A stretch of 64,000 nucleotides of DNA from Raillietiella orientalis (Eukaryota), in assembly GCA_036172245.1 (NCBI GenBank), contig JAYWIR010000005.1, forward strand, positions 558,001 through 622,000. The letters are read 5' to 3'. The position numbers and the translations under genes were made by a program. The notes under the pieces were generated by a model. It searched no databases. It saw only the letters and a list, made by a program, of their open reading frames with translations, and had not been told where the DNA came from. Positions 40,750 through 51,558 of this stretch are shown piece by piece; position 1 is the stretch's first letter, and each line of letters opens with the position of its first letter.

Positions 40750-40872
40750 TTGAAACCCGGTTGCTCCGGGACGTTTACTCTTGCGAACAAACCTATATAA
40801 AACTGTGACTGTACCAGTAGTCCAGACACGCCCTAGATACTGTCAGCCTGCCTGGCCCCCGGTGCGCAGACC
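40750..40872 (-). mobile_element. LINE-derived 3' tail attached to the 28S fragment
   Basis: Minus strand GGTCTGCGCACCGGGGGCCAGGCAGGCT matches the LINE 3' UTR GGTCTGCGAACCGGTGACCCGGCAGACT (copy at ~42358-42385) at 23 of 28 positions. It ends in AGTAAACGTCCCGGAGCAACCGGGTTTCAA, like AATAAACGCCCCGGCGCACCCGGGTGTGAAA at 46155-46185. Confidence 0.85.
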
Positions 40873-40882
40873 CAATTAGTCA

Positions 40883-41703
40883 ATTTCTCCGGGCACTTAG
40901 GATCGACTGAACCATGCTCAAAGGCTGTTCGCATGGAACTTCTCCACATCAGACCTCCAGGATCTCACTGGAGTATTTGCTACTACCTGCAAGATCTGCG
41001 CCAACGGCGGCTCCAGGTGAGCTCGCGCCCAAACCCTTCTGCGCCCACCGTCGCGACCCTCCTACTCGCCGGAACCTGAGGAACCTGCCGTCCTCCGGAA
41101 CGCGCCCGGAAGGCAGGAACGGTTCTGTCCCGGCGGTTGGGTATAGGCTCGATGCTTGAGCGCCATCCATTTTCAGGGCTAGTTGCTTCGGCAGGTGAGT
41201 CGTTACCCACTCCTTAGCGGATTCCGACTTCCATGGCCACCGTCCGGCTGTCCATAGCAACCAACACCTTTCATGGGATCTGATGAGCGTCGCATCGGGC
41301 GCCGTAACCCAACGTTTGGTTCATCCCACAGTGCCAGTTCTGCTTACCAAAATTGGCCCACTGGGCGCTCATGGATCCGAAAGTCCGAGCTTCAGCTTTC
41401 AAGCAAGCCGGACTTCTCATCCATTTAAAGTTTGAGAATAGGTTGAGGTCATTTCGGTCCCAAGGCCTCTAATCATTCGCTTTACCTGATGAGACTCCGT
41501 TCTTTTTCCGCTCCAGCGACCTCCAGCTATCCTGAGGAAAACTTCGGAGGGAACCAACTACTAGTTGGTTAAATTAGTCTTTCGCCCCTATACCCAGCTC
41601 TTACGACCAATTTGCACGTTAGGATCGCTGCGGACCTCCACCAGAGTTTCCTCTGGCTTCGTCCTGGCCAGGCATAGTTCACCATCTTTCGGGTCCCAGA
41701 GTG
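40883..41703 (-). rRNA. 28S (LSU) rRNA fragment of ~820 nt, non-functional dispersed copy
   Basis: Minus strand runs from GGGACCCGAAAGATGGTGAACTATGCC through GGTAAGCAGAACTGGC, CCCTGAAAATGGATGGCGCT and GCAGATCTTG..GTAGTAGCAAATA to CAGTCGATCCTAAG. Normally invariant positions are substituted (e.g. TAATTTAACCAACTAGTAGTTGG for TAATCGAACCATCTAGTAGCTGG). No flanking rDNA. Confidence 0.97.
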
Positions 41704-44700
41704 GGAGAAGCTTTTCAGGGAGGAGGAGAGAGCACGCCTGGACGAGCCTTTCACGATGGGTGAAATCGGGAAGCTCAAAAGGCGGAAGTCACTGGGGGAG
41801 GACGGTCTACCCGCGGAGTTTTTTCAATGCTTCGCGGCGGAGCTGGTCCCCCTGGTACAGCGCTTAACGCTGCTGATCCGGGAGACAGACGACGCTCCCG
41901 CCTCCTTCCGATCGGCACGGATGCGTCTTCTCCCGAAGGGAGGAGACTTACAGAACCTCAGCAACTGGCGCCCGATCACCGTTTTGAACGCGAACGCAAA
42001 GCTGCTAGGGAAATTATGGTCGAAGCGAATGAGGCGGGTTTCGGAAAGCTTCATCAGCCCGGAGCAGACATATGCTGTTCCCGGGAGGAGCATGCACGCC
42101 AACCTGCCATTCGCAAACACCTGGTTCGAGTTCCAGAGATGTCGAATAAATAAAGGCAATACGGCCGGCACCCCGATTTGCGGGACGTCCGCTGGTGGCT
42201 CGCGGGATGGTTGGGAGCGAGAGGGGGCCCTCGCGGTCGCAGTCGATTTGCGAAAAGCATTTGATTTTCACCCGGATTTCTCCGGGTCTTTTATTTAAAA
42301 ATAAACTTTACAATAGAAATGTCAGTGGCTGCAGCATTGCTGCACGAAGAATCACGGAGTCTGCCGGGTCACCGGTTCGCAGACCGGTACGGTCCACCAA
42401 GATAGCAGGGGAAGGGGGAAAAACAAAAAACTAAACAAAAAGAAAAAAAGAGTGGGAGGGTAGGGGAAGGAATCACTGTTGCTGCTGGGACCGCATCATC
42501 CTTCTCAGGATGCCGGCAAGCTCTTGCTGCATTTGAGGATCCAGGTGGGGCCATCGCGACGCCCTCCTCAGGAATTGAGAGGCGTACTGGATGGCATCCT
42601 TATCGTGTGGTCCTCCCGTAGCCGTGCTCCATGCGGCGACAATCCCGCGAAGGCAGCACAAGGCGGCTATCGAGGCCGCTCGCCGAAGGGCTTCGTTAAC
42701 GAAGAGGGCTTTCAATGCGTCCCTGGGGTTGCCACAGGGGATACTGATGGCCGCGGCAAAGCGGAACCAAAGGGGCCGAAGGGCAACACAATCCACAAGG
42801 AGGTGGGGGAAGGACTCCCGTTCCCCACACCTTACACAGTTGGGATCGACCGCTCCCCAGGTCCAATGATGTCGGCGGAGGTTGCAGGGGAGTACCCAAT
42901 GCTGCAACAGTAGAGCCGACTCCTGCCATTTTAAGGGGAGGGTGGAGGTGTTCATGAGCACCGGGGGCCACTTCAGACGTTCAATGGGAACATCGAGCAG
43001 CGCGCCCCAGCGCAGAAGTCCATGGGGAGGCGTACTCGGGGTCGCAGCGTCCGTTAGCTGGCCCGTCTTCCACTCTCCTATCTTCCTCTCCCTTCCGGAG
43101 ATTGTAACTGTAACCTCCCACTTCACCGCAACATCGCTGTCCAGATCTTCCATCAGGGAGGCCAGCGCAGCAGCGAGGGGGGTTCCTGACCACGCTCGCT
43201 TCTGCGGATCCTCCAGGATCTCTCGGAGCGTGCAAGTTCTGTAGCACCCAAACAGGAACCGTCGTTCCTGTTGGGCGCTTTGCATGCCGCACTGTGCCCA
43301 CGTGAGAACGGTTTCCTGCAACCAGGCACTACCGTTCGCGGGGCGACAGGTGATCCATTTGTGGTTTTTCCGAACCAAGGCTGCCACCCTCCGTAGCTGG
43401 AGCCCACATCGGTTGATGCGGGAGCGATGGAGTGAAAGAAAGGACGTGAGTCCCGTCTTCCCGGTGGCTTCCTTGACGAGGAGACGTGCAGGGACGCACC
43501 AGCAGGTGCACCACAACTCCGGCACAAGTGCCAACATCCGGAACTGGAGCTGAAGCTCCAGCCACTCTAATGTCAGGAGACCGAGACCGCCGTCCCGACG
43601 CGGAGCGCGCAAGTCCTTCAAGCGGACTCGGGCCCTCCCGTTGCCCCAAAGGGCGATACGGAGGAGGTCCTTCGTCCGCTTTTTAATCCTCTCTGTGGGG
43701 GGGCAAACAAAAAGCAGGGAACGGAGGAGAGGAGCCGCGAACGTGTTCCAAACCGCGGCCCGTTCAGGCAGGAAAAACCTGCCGCCTCGGAAAGGGCCGA
43801 TTGCCGTCTCTACTTTTTGGAGGCAGCCGGACCACGCTTCCGCAGGGGAGTAGTCCCCCAACGGCACACCAAGGTACTTGAAGTACCTCACCGTGGGGAT
43901 CCCCAAACGGACCCAGTCCTGCTGCCCTGCCCACGCCGCACCAACTGGCATCACGCCAGTTGGTGCGACTTCGCCCTGTTCACCGTAAGTCCGGTTCCCC
44001 GATTCAGCAGGTCGAAGAACTCCTCGACCGCCGAAGCCGGGGTGGACATAGGGTGCATCAGCAGAAGGTCGTCTGCGTACGCTGAAACCGCCGGCGTACC
44101 GGCATTTGACTGCTTCGACCAGGAGCTCCTGCTGGAGCTTCTGGAACTCTTGGGCTTTCCAGCTTCTTTAATGGCCTTTCTGAGCTCTGGCTGGCGCGAA
44201 GCGCTAACGAACGTCTCTTTTAGCGGAAGAAACGTGTTTGGTGTGCCGGTGCGCCGCGGAATACGGCAGGGTGACAGCTTGAGCCCTTGCTCTTCAGCAC
44301 CTACTCCGAGCTGGTGCTGAGGGCGTACAGGGAGACTCTAGCTCTCCTGCCGCGCGTGTGCCTAGGTACACCGGCCGTGGCGTCGTATGCGGACGATCTT
44401 CTGTTACTGCTCCCCATGTCCACCCTGGCGTCGGCGGTCGAAAACTTTTTCGAGCTGCTGCGCCGCGGGGCAGGACTGGAGGTGAACAGAGCGAAGTCGT
44501 CCGTGGTTGCAGTCGGTTCGTCGTGGGCAGGGCAGCAGGACTGGTTTCGCTTGGGGATCCCCACGGTGCAGTACGTGCAGTACTTCAAGTACCTCGGTTG
44601 CCGTTGGGGGAATACTCTCCGGCGGAGGCTGCTCTGGCTACCTCCAAAAGACCGAGAAGGAGATCGGCCCGTTACTGGATGGCGAGTTTTTCTTGCCGGA

Positions 44701-46185
44701 ACGGACCGTGGTGTGAAACACGTTCGTGGCCCCCCTTTTTCGCCACTTGTTTTTTGTTTGTCCCCCACCCTGCGGTGTGAAGAGGCGGACGAAAGACCTC
44801 CTGAGGATCGCCCTTTGGGGCAGAGAGAGGCCCCGAGTCTGCCTGAAGGACCTGTGTGCTCTGCGTCGCGATGGAGGCCTCGTCCTCTTGACGCTGAAGC
44901 GGCTGGAACTGCAGCTGCAGTTCAGGACGCTAGCCCTAGTGGCACAGTTGTGGAGCACCAGCTGGTGCGAGCCTGCACGACATCTGGTTCAGCGAGCCAG
45001 CGACTGCGCGGGATTGTGTACCTTCCTAGCGCGCCGCAAACGTCGGTACCTGTTCCACAGCGGACTGGCACTTCGGCAAGTATCCGATATCCGATCTTCG
45101 GCCTGCGAACGGTCCTGTCTAGTTGCAGGAAAGCCTTCGCACGTGGGCCCCGATCGAGGAATTGAGCCCGGAGTTGCGGCAGCGACTGCTGCACTCCTTT
45201 TACAACAGCCGCTCACTGCAGGACATCATCGTGCAGCACGCATCGAGTGCGTGGGCTGAGAGGACCTCCCTTGCGCGGCTCTGCCCTACCTCAGGGAGCA
45301 CCTGGGCAGTAGTCAGCCGGCCAAGTGGGAGGTCCGATGCAGAATCTCATCAAGAGAGAGAGAACAAGGTGGTTGCACCACGGGCCAGCTAACTGGCGCT
45401 GCGACCCCAAGGACTATTGCGCTGGGGCGAGCTGCTGAACATCTCGCTGGATGTACTCGAGTGGCCCCCAGTGCTGAAGAATATCCGGGCCCTCCCCCTG
45501 AAGTGGCAGGAGTCGGCGTTTCTGGTGTTGCATTGGGGACTCCCAGCAACGCCCGCCGACCTCACTGGACGAGGGGGGCTGTGGACGCAAACTGTGTCAG
45601 GTGCGGGGAACGGGAATCCCTCCCGCACCTGCTTCTTGACTGTGTTGCCCTCCGGCCCCTGGGGTTGCGTTTCGCAACGTTCCTTGGTGCAACCATGAAC
45701 AGCTCCAGAGACGTATTGAAGCGCCTCTTTGTGCGCGACGCCCTTTCGCCTGCCGCAGCCCTTGCAGCCCTCTGCTGCCTACGAGGGATTGTGGCGGCCT
45801 GGAGCACCGCCACTGGTGGACCGAACGATAGGGACATCATCTGCTCCGCCCTGCGCTTCCTGAGGACGGCAGTCGGATGGTCCCATCTGGGACGTATGAG
45901 GACTGAACTTGCCGGCATCCTGGAAAGGATGTAGAGGACGACCCCTGAGGAACGTGATCCCTCCTCAACCCCCCCCCCCCCCCTGCTTTTGTAAATAGTG
46001 TTCTCTTTTTTTTTGATTCTATTTCTCCCTTCCCCCTCCGCTGCCGAGTCGAACTCGCCGGGCTGCGCGCTGGCAGCCCGGCGAGTTCAAAGTATTTTTT
46101 TCGGGCGCTGTAGGGACAATGGCCCTACACATGCTTGTTTGTTTTTTTCAGAAAAATAAACGCCCCGGCGCACCCGGGTGTGAAA
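41704..46185 (+). mobile_element. 5'-truncated L1/Tx1-like LINE (RT through 3' end), split by a nested insertion
   Basis: KSLGEDGLPAEFF, LLPKGGDLQNLSNWRPITVLN, EQTYAVPGRS and VDLRKAFD at 41704-42264. It resumes at 44102 with AFD..RGIRQGDSLSP, YADD, VNRAKS, FKYLG, GGL and the C-terminal CVRCGERESLPHLLLDC zinc finger, then the 3' UTR and hairpin. Several frameshifts. Confidence 0.93.
42265..44101 (-). mobile_element. Younger 5'-truncated LINE of a related subfamily inserted into the RT of the host LINE, 8-bp TSD
   Basis: Contains YADDLLL near 44075, a 493-aa open frame (42473-43954) with FKYLG, GGLGL and CVRCGERESFPHLLVDC, a 3' UTR, AATAAA, the hairpin and a short A tail. GCATTTGA is duplicated at 42257-42264 and 44102-44109. 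Confidence 0.95.
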
Positions 46186-47068
46186 GCAGCGGCTGCGGGG
46201 GACGGTTCCACCCACCCTTCTATCCCCTCTCCCCTCACTGGCTCCGCCCAGAGAGGAGAGAAGGAAGCGTGCAATCGCTTTTTTCTTCTTTTTTCAGGTG
46301 GCGCCGGGATCGGTTGCGCGGGAGACCCCCTGGCGTAGGAAGGGCTCCACCATCACCCGGCGACGAAGGAGCGGGTAAGCGGGGCCTGTCCCCGCGAGAC
46401 ATCCCCCACGACGCCCACATCCCGTGGTCTTTGCCAATGAGCCGGCCAAGCGGAAAGACCAGGAGGATCGAGGCCGAGCGGAACGAGAGAGCGTCACCGG
46501 CGACGTCCTCCAAGTCCCCAGGCGGTCCGCGCGCCCCGAAGGGCCGTGACCCCTTCCGACCCAGCGCAGAGTCGCGGAGCTGCGGCGGGTCCCTGGATCG
46601 GAGGGCAAAGGGCAGAAACCGGAGCCGCTCCGGCAGAGGGACTTCGCAGGGGCCAACTTCCGGGAACTTCCCGGAAAAGAAGCAACCTTTCTGCGCGTCC
46701 GCGTGTGCCCTTCGTCCAGGGGAGTCCCCGCGCCCTTCCAGCGAACCGCGAAGGCTCTCGCGCAACCGATTGGCCCGTTCCTCCCGCTTCGGGGATGGCG
46801 GGTTCACTCCCATGGGCTCCGGCTCACATCCCCCAAGCCCCAGCGCTTCCACACCGTAGGTGCGGTCGGCCGTCGCGATGCCGCCCGCCGGTGCAACCAC
46901 GTCCAGAACATAGGCCTGCCTCCACACCTCCCTGAGGGACACTCCGGCTTCCCAGGGGTGCCATGGGCGGTGCTCACAAGGACATCCATCCGTCTCGCGC
47001 CTTCCGTCGAGCGGCGCTGCAGAAGCGAAGGGGCCGGTGGAGAGGGATTGACTGGGGTGTTCCAGGGT

Positions 47069-48402
47069 GAACTCGAGCACTACCTAGACGTCGCCCTTAC
47101 CTCTTTTCCCGGTGCCGCAACCGAACTCGTCCCGTGTAGCAACAACCCTTCGGGTCTCTCGGGAAAACAGAACACGCTTCCCGCGAAACCGCAAGTCGCT
47201 GGTCGACGGTCTGCAGCAGCAACGCTCGGAACGAGCGGACGATCGCGAAACGGTCCTTCGCGTAGGGATGGAGTACCTGGCCCCCTGCCAGTGAAGCCGA
47301 CGGAGCGGAACCGCTCCCGCCGAAAAGACCTTCCTCGGTGGCCCAGGGTCGCACCGTTGGTCGGCGAGAGTCCCCACGCGGCCGCCCCTCGTGCGACGGA
47401 CTGACAACCCTGCCTTTCAGAGTGCAGCCGCCTCGCCAACCTTCGGCCCGCCGCGCGGGGCAGGAGCGAACGGGCGTCCCCGCCCACCACCAGCAATCCC
47501 GCCCGGGGACACCAGGCAGCGGAGGCAACGACGTACGGGGAAGCCCGGGACCCGCCCCTCAGGGCCTAGCCAGCGGCCAAGAGGGGCACAAGCCCGCTCA
47601 CTCCGAGGCTCGCCGTACCAGCCTGGCGGCCAGGCGCCACCGTTGCTACACCAGGGGGACTGTGGGAGCCCTCACTCCCCGCAGCACGGTGCCCTCGGGA
47701 CATCGTCCCGGAGTCCCTCATACCGCCGAGAGCCGCGACGCTGCTGGACGAGAGGCAGGGGAGCCGTTGCACCCTCTTCGCGACCCGCCTCCCATGGCGA
47801 CAGCCGAGCGCGCCCGAGACCACGCCATCGGCAGCAGCCCCCCGGCGCCCTGAGCGGCGAGCAGGGAGGGGTTCGCCCTCGCGCGCCCAGTCGCGGCAAA
47901 GCCGCTCCCGCCTTTCCCTGCTCTGCTCTGCCCTGCCCTGCCCTGCCCTTGCCCCTGAAGGACGACGGGGCGACCCGACACGACCTGCCGGGTTGCACCG
48001 TCCGTTCCGCTTGTCCGAAAATGAACTCCCGGACAGAGGCGCCGCTCGCGCAAGCCGCCGTATCGGGCTGCTCACAATCTGCACTCCCTTCGACTGGCCT
48101 GCTCCCGTCCAGGCACCCGGGGCTGCGGTGCCCTGACGTGTCTGCAAGAGGGCGCGGGCTGAACAGGCAGGCAGATCGCTTGCGGCAGTCCTCCGCCTTT
48201 GTACCGCGAGGTCGTGGCAGCTGCTCCGCGACTTCCGGGTGGCCTCCGCCACATTCCCCGGTCTGCGCCTCCACCGCAGCATGGGCGGAGGGGGGGGGGA
48301 AGCAGTTGCGACTGCCTCGCTCGATCCTCTGATGCTGCTGCTTGGGCGGGTTCCACCTTGTCCTGCAACGCCGTCGGTGGGCGAGACGGCCTTTCCGTTG
48401 CG
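47069..48402. repeat. 1.33-kb direct repeat, copy 1
   Basis: Near-identical to 59989-61323; about six differences were found by eye, including one 1-bp indel. Confidence 0.97.
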
Positions 48403-51400
48403 CGTCATCACGGGGGTCATGGCCGCCCTCCATAACCCCCGAGATGCATGGATGCATGGGTGAACAGTAGACGGGAACCAGCAAGGTGCCAGAGTGGTTA
48501 CCTCTCTGAGCACGACCACGGGTTCGCGGAGCCCGAGGGCTGACCACTCCTGCCAAGAGCAGGGAGAGCGAGTGGTACAAGGGTTTCCAAGGTGACCCCA
48601 AGCAGGTGGAAGCGGCTGGAAGGTTGCGCTGCAGGGGCTGGGGAATCTGCCTCGTCGCACGCCGGGATCCCATGGGTGCCGCGGTGAGGAGTCACGCCGC
48701 CAGCGGAGCCGCCGCGCTGGCTCTTCCGTTGGCAGGCGTCCAGAGCTAGTCGGAGGGCGAGCTGCGCGGCGAAAAGTCCCTCCCCCCTCCCCCGAGCAAG
48801 CGCCGATCGCCACAATCTGACTTGTGGGTGCGCGCCTGAGGCGATCGGGGACCGAAGGCGAGGGAGTTGCGTGGTTGCGCCTCTGCTGCACGCAGAGATG
48901 GGAGCTCGCTGCCGCCGCCTCCGGTGCGATGGCCGTCCCATCACCGTCATGGGCACCGTGTCGCGTCATCGCCATCAGTGCCATGATCGGCGCCCCCATC
49001 TCCGTCATCGACACCGCTAACTGTCGTCTCTGTGCATCTTTGCGCCACCGTCGGCGGCATTATCCTGTGCAGCGTCGTGTCCTCACCGTCGTGGTCTCCG
49101 CGTGCCATCTTCGTCGTGTTGTCGTCACCGGCCATAACTGCGACCTGCGTCGCCCTGTTCGCCCGCGACCCCGTCGGCGGGCAGCGCTGTTGGGCCTGCC
49201 CCAGGAGCAACTGGGGACAGAAATGGCGGAGACCCAAGGGGTTCCTCCACGCCTCCTCCTCCTCTTGGCCCTTCCCCTCCGTTGCGAATGGCCTTGATGA
49301 ATCCCGCATGGTTGCTCCTTCGTCCGGGACCGGCCCTCACACCCGGGCCCCCCGCAGCGCGAAGGCCGCCGCCATCTTGTGCTACGCACCCCGTGGGGCT
49401 TTAACATGAGGGAGGTCATCCTCCCGTTTTTAGCCACGCCCACATTCCACAGAGCGGTGAAGCGGCTTCCCGGGTGAACCGGGCCGCGAGCGAGGAGGGC
49501 ATATCGCCCCGCTTGGGGCAAAAACCGAAGGCCGAAAGAACTGGGCCCGGCGGGCCCTTCGCCAAGTTTTTAATTCTGACGGCTTGCTGTCGCTGCACCC
49601 CTGCCCTCGGACTGTGCTGCTCTTCGCCCGGACCACGGGGGCGACCGAGGTCGCGCCCAACCTGGACTGAGCGCGTCGTTGCTCACCGAACGTTCCGAGA
49701 GCGATTTTGTCGTTCCAGAATGCCCGGCAGGCAGCCCGCGATGAGGCTGATCGTCTCCGTGGCGACAAGGATGATCCCTGAGAACGTGCGTCGGGAAAAA
49801 AGAAAGAGGAAGATGGACGGATGGGTTGCTGCCGCAGCCATGGAGGCAGCCCGTTCCAGCCGACCTCGTTTGTTCACCCTACTTCGAGGTCAGTCTGGCC
49901 ACAGTCTGCCTGGAGACGGCCATGATCTTCCTCCATTTTAACGGTCTCCGCTGCTCACACGTGGCAGGAGGTGGCCAAGAAGGAGGAAGTGTGTCCCAGT
50001 GCGCCACCGGCAAGATGGTGGTGCGCCGGCGTCCATCAGGAGTTTCCGGGACCTCTGTGTTTCCGTGGGCAACCCCAGGATCCGCCTCTGCGACCGCTGG
50101 GTGGTGGTCCTCGGGGTGTGTAGCCCTGTGGTCCAGTAGGGGCTGAGGGGAAACGACGGGAGCGGCGATCTGCGACGGGCTGCAGGAGGGCCGCGGGGCT
50201 CGCACGGTCCGAGACGGTCTGCTCCCTGCCGAGCAGCCGATGCCTCCGCCGGAGGACTTCCCGAGAGTTATCGACTGCTGCTGATGGCAGGCGTCGCGCC
50301 CATCCCGCGAAGGCGGAGAGAGATGAGCTCGTGACCCTCCGAGCAGGAACCCTGCCGGGGAATCTTCGTGGGCGGAACGGCCTGTGTCCCCTGGGAAGTC
50401 CCAAACGCGCCATCTTGCGCCGCGCCCCGCGGCCCACCACGCTGCACAAAGTCCGCCCGCCCTGAGCGCGCCAACGCCGCCTTTTTTCCACTGGCTATTC
50501 TGTTTGTGTTTCTGCCGATGCGACGCAAAGTGGCGCTGGAAAGGCCGGAGGCCTAGGACGGGGGGGGGGAGGGGTGAGTCGCCCACTAAGCCGCTCTCGC
50601 CCGGCTCGCTAAGCGACGATTCCTCGCTCACGAGCATGGACCTCTCGTCGGGTGCCTTGCTCAGCGGCCTCTCCAACGGGCCTTTTGCGGCCTTGCTGCC
50701 CTCTGGGGGACAGCGCGGAAGGGAAAAACTCGGCGACTGCGCGCTGCAGGGTCGTCCGTCGTGGTGGCGAGCTGAGCCCGGACCAGAGCGTGGGAAGAAT
50801 CCCGTCCGTCGCGTCGTTCTGAAAGCGAGGGAGGGCAAATCGCAAGCCAGCGAAGAAGTCGTCGCTTTGCCAACGGCGGGACCGCGCACACGCGTCCAGG
50901 GTTATGCTCGGCCGGGACGACGACTACCCTCTAGGGGAGGGGGCCAAGAGGTGCGCGCACAACGTCCTCCTCCGCTTGATGTCTGTGGAGTCTGACGACG
51001 CCTCCTGCAGCGTGCAGCAGCAGCTGTCTTGGAGCAAGTCCGAGGTCCCGCCCGGGAGCTGCCCGCGCCAGTTCTACCCTTCTCGCCGCGAAGGCGCGCC
51101 CTGAATCGACCGAATTCTAAGGTCCCATCGCCCCTTCGTCCTCCTCCTCCCCGGGAGCAGTGTCGGTGCAGGCTCAGACCGCCGTCGCCGTCCGCTTTCG
51201 GAAGCGCCTGTAGGATGCGCTGCGCGCGCCCGCATCGCGCCGCCGAGGGTTTCCTAGGAGACCCACAGCGTCACTCGATCGTCCCCCCCCCCCTCCCCCC
51301 GTTCGGCGGCGTGCGCACCTGCACACGCACAGTGGAGCCCTGAAAGGTGACGGCATCGGAGGGTGCACCGACGTCACCGGATGGCTGCGCTGCGGCCTCG

Positions 51401-51451
51401 CGCAGCGGCGGGAGCCAACAGGCGCGCCAGAGTTTCGGACTTTTTTGCTTT

Positions 51452-51457
51452 TTTATT
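51452..51457 (-). promoter_or_regulatory. Probable polyadenylation signal of the HDAC gene
   Basis: AATAAA on the minus strand ~100 nt after the stop codon at 51559. Confidence 0.55.
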
Positions 51458-51558
51458 CGTTCGTGGAATGGCTGCGTACCGACAGAGATGTGCTATCCAA
51501 AATAAAGCATTTCTTGGAGACTCGTCCAGACTCGCACGCACCACTGTCTATCACAGGT

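Noticed and set aside
40883..41703. Functional rDNA locus, or R1/R2-type insertion in an rDNA array
   Set aside because: Only a partial 28S with mutated invariant bases; no 18S, 5.8S or downstream 28S, and the canonical R1/R2 target region is absent.
46200..51350. Long GC-rich ORFs (e.g. 47566-49014, 49879-50889) as novel genes or intact gag/ORF1
   Set aside because: No intact zinc knuckle or other motif, and a 1-bp indel between the two repeat copies changes frame without apparent constraint.
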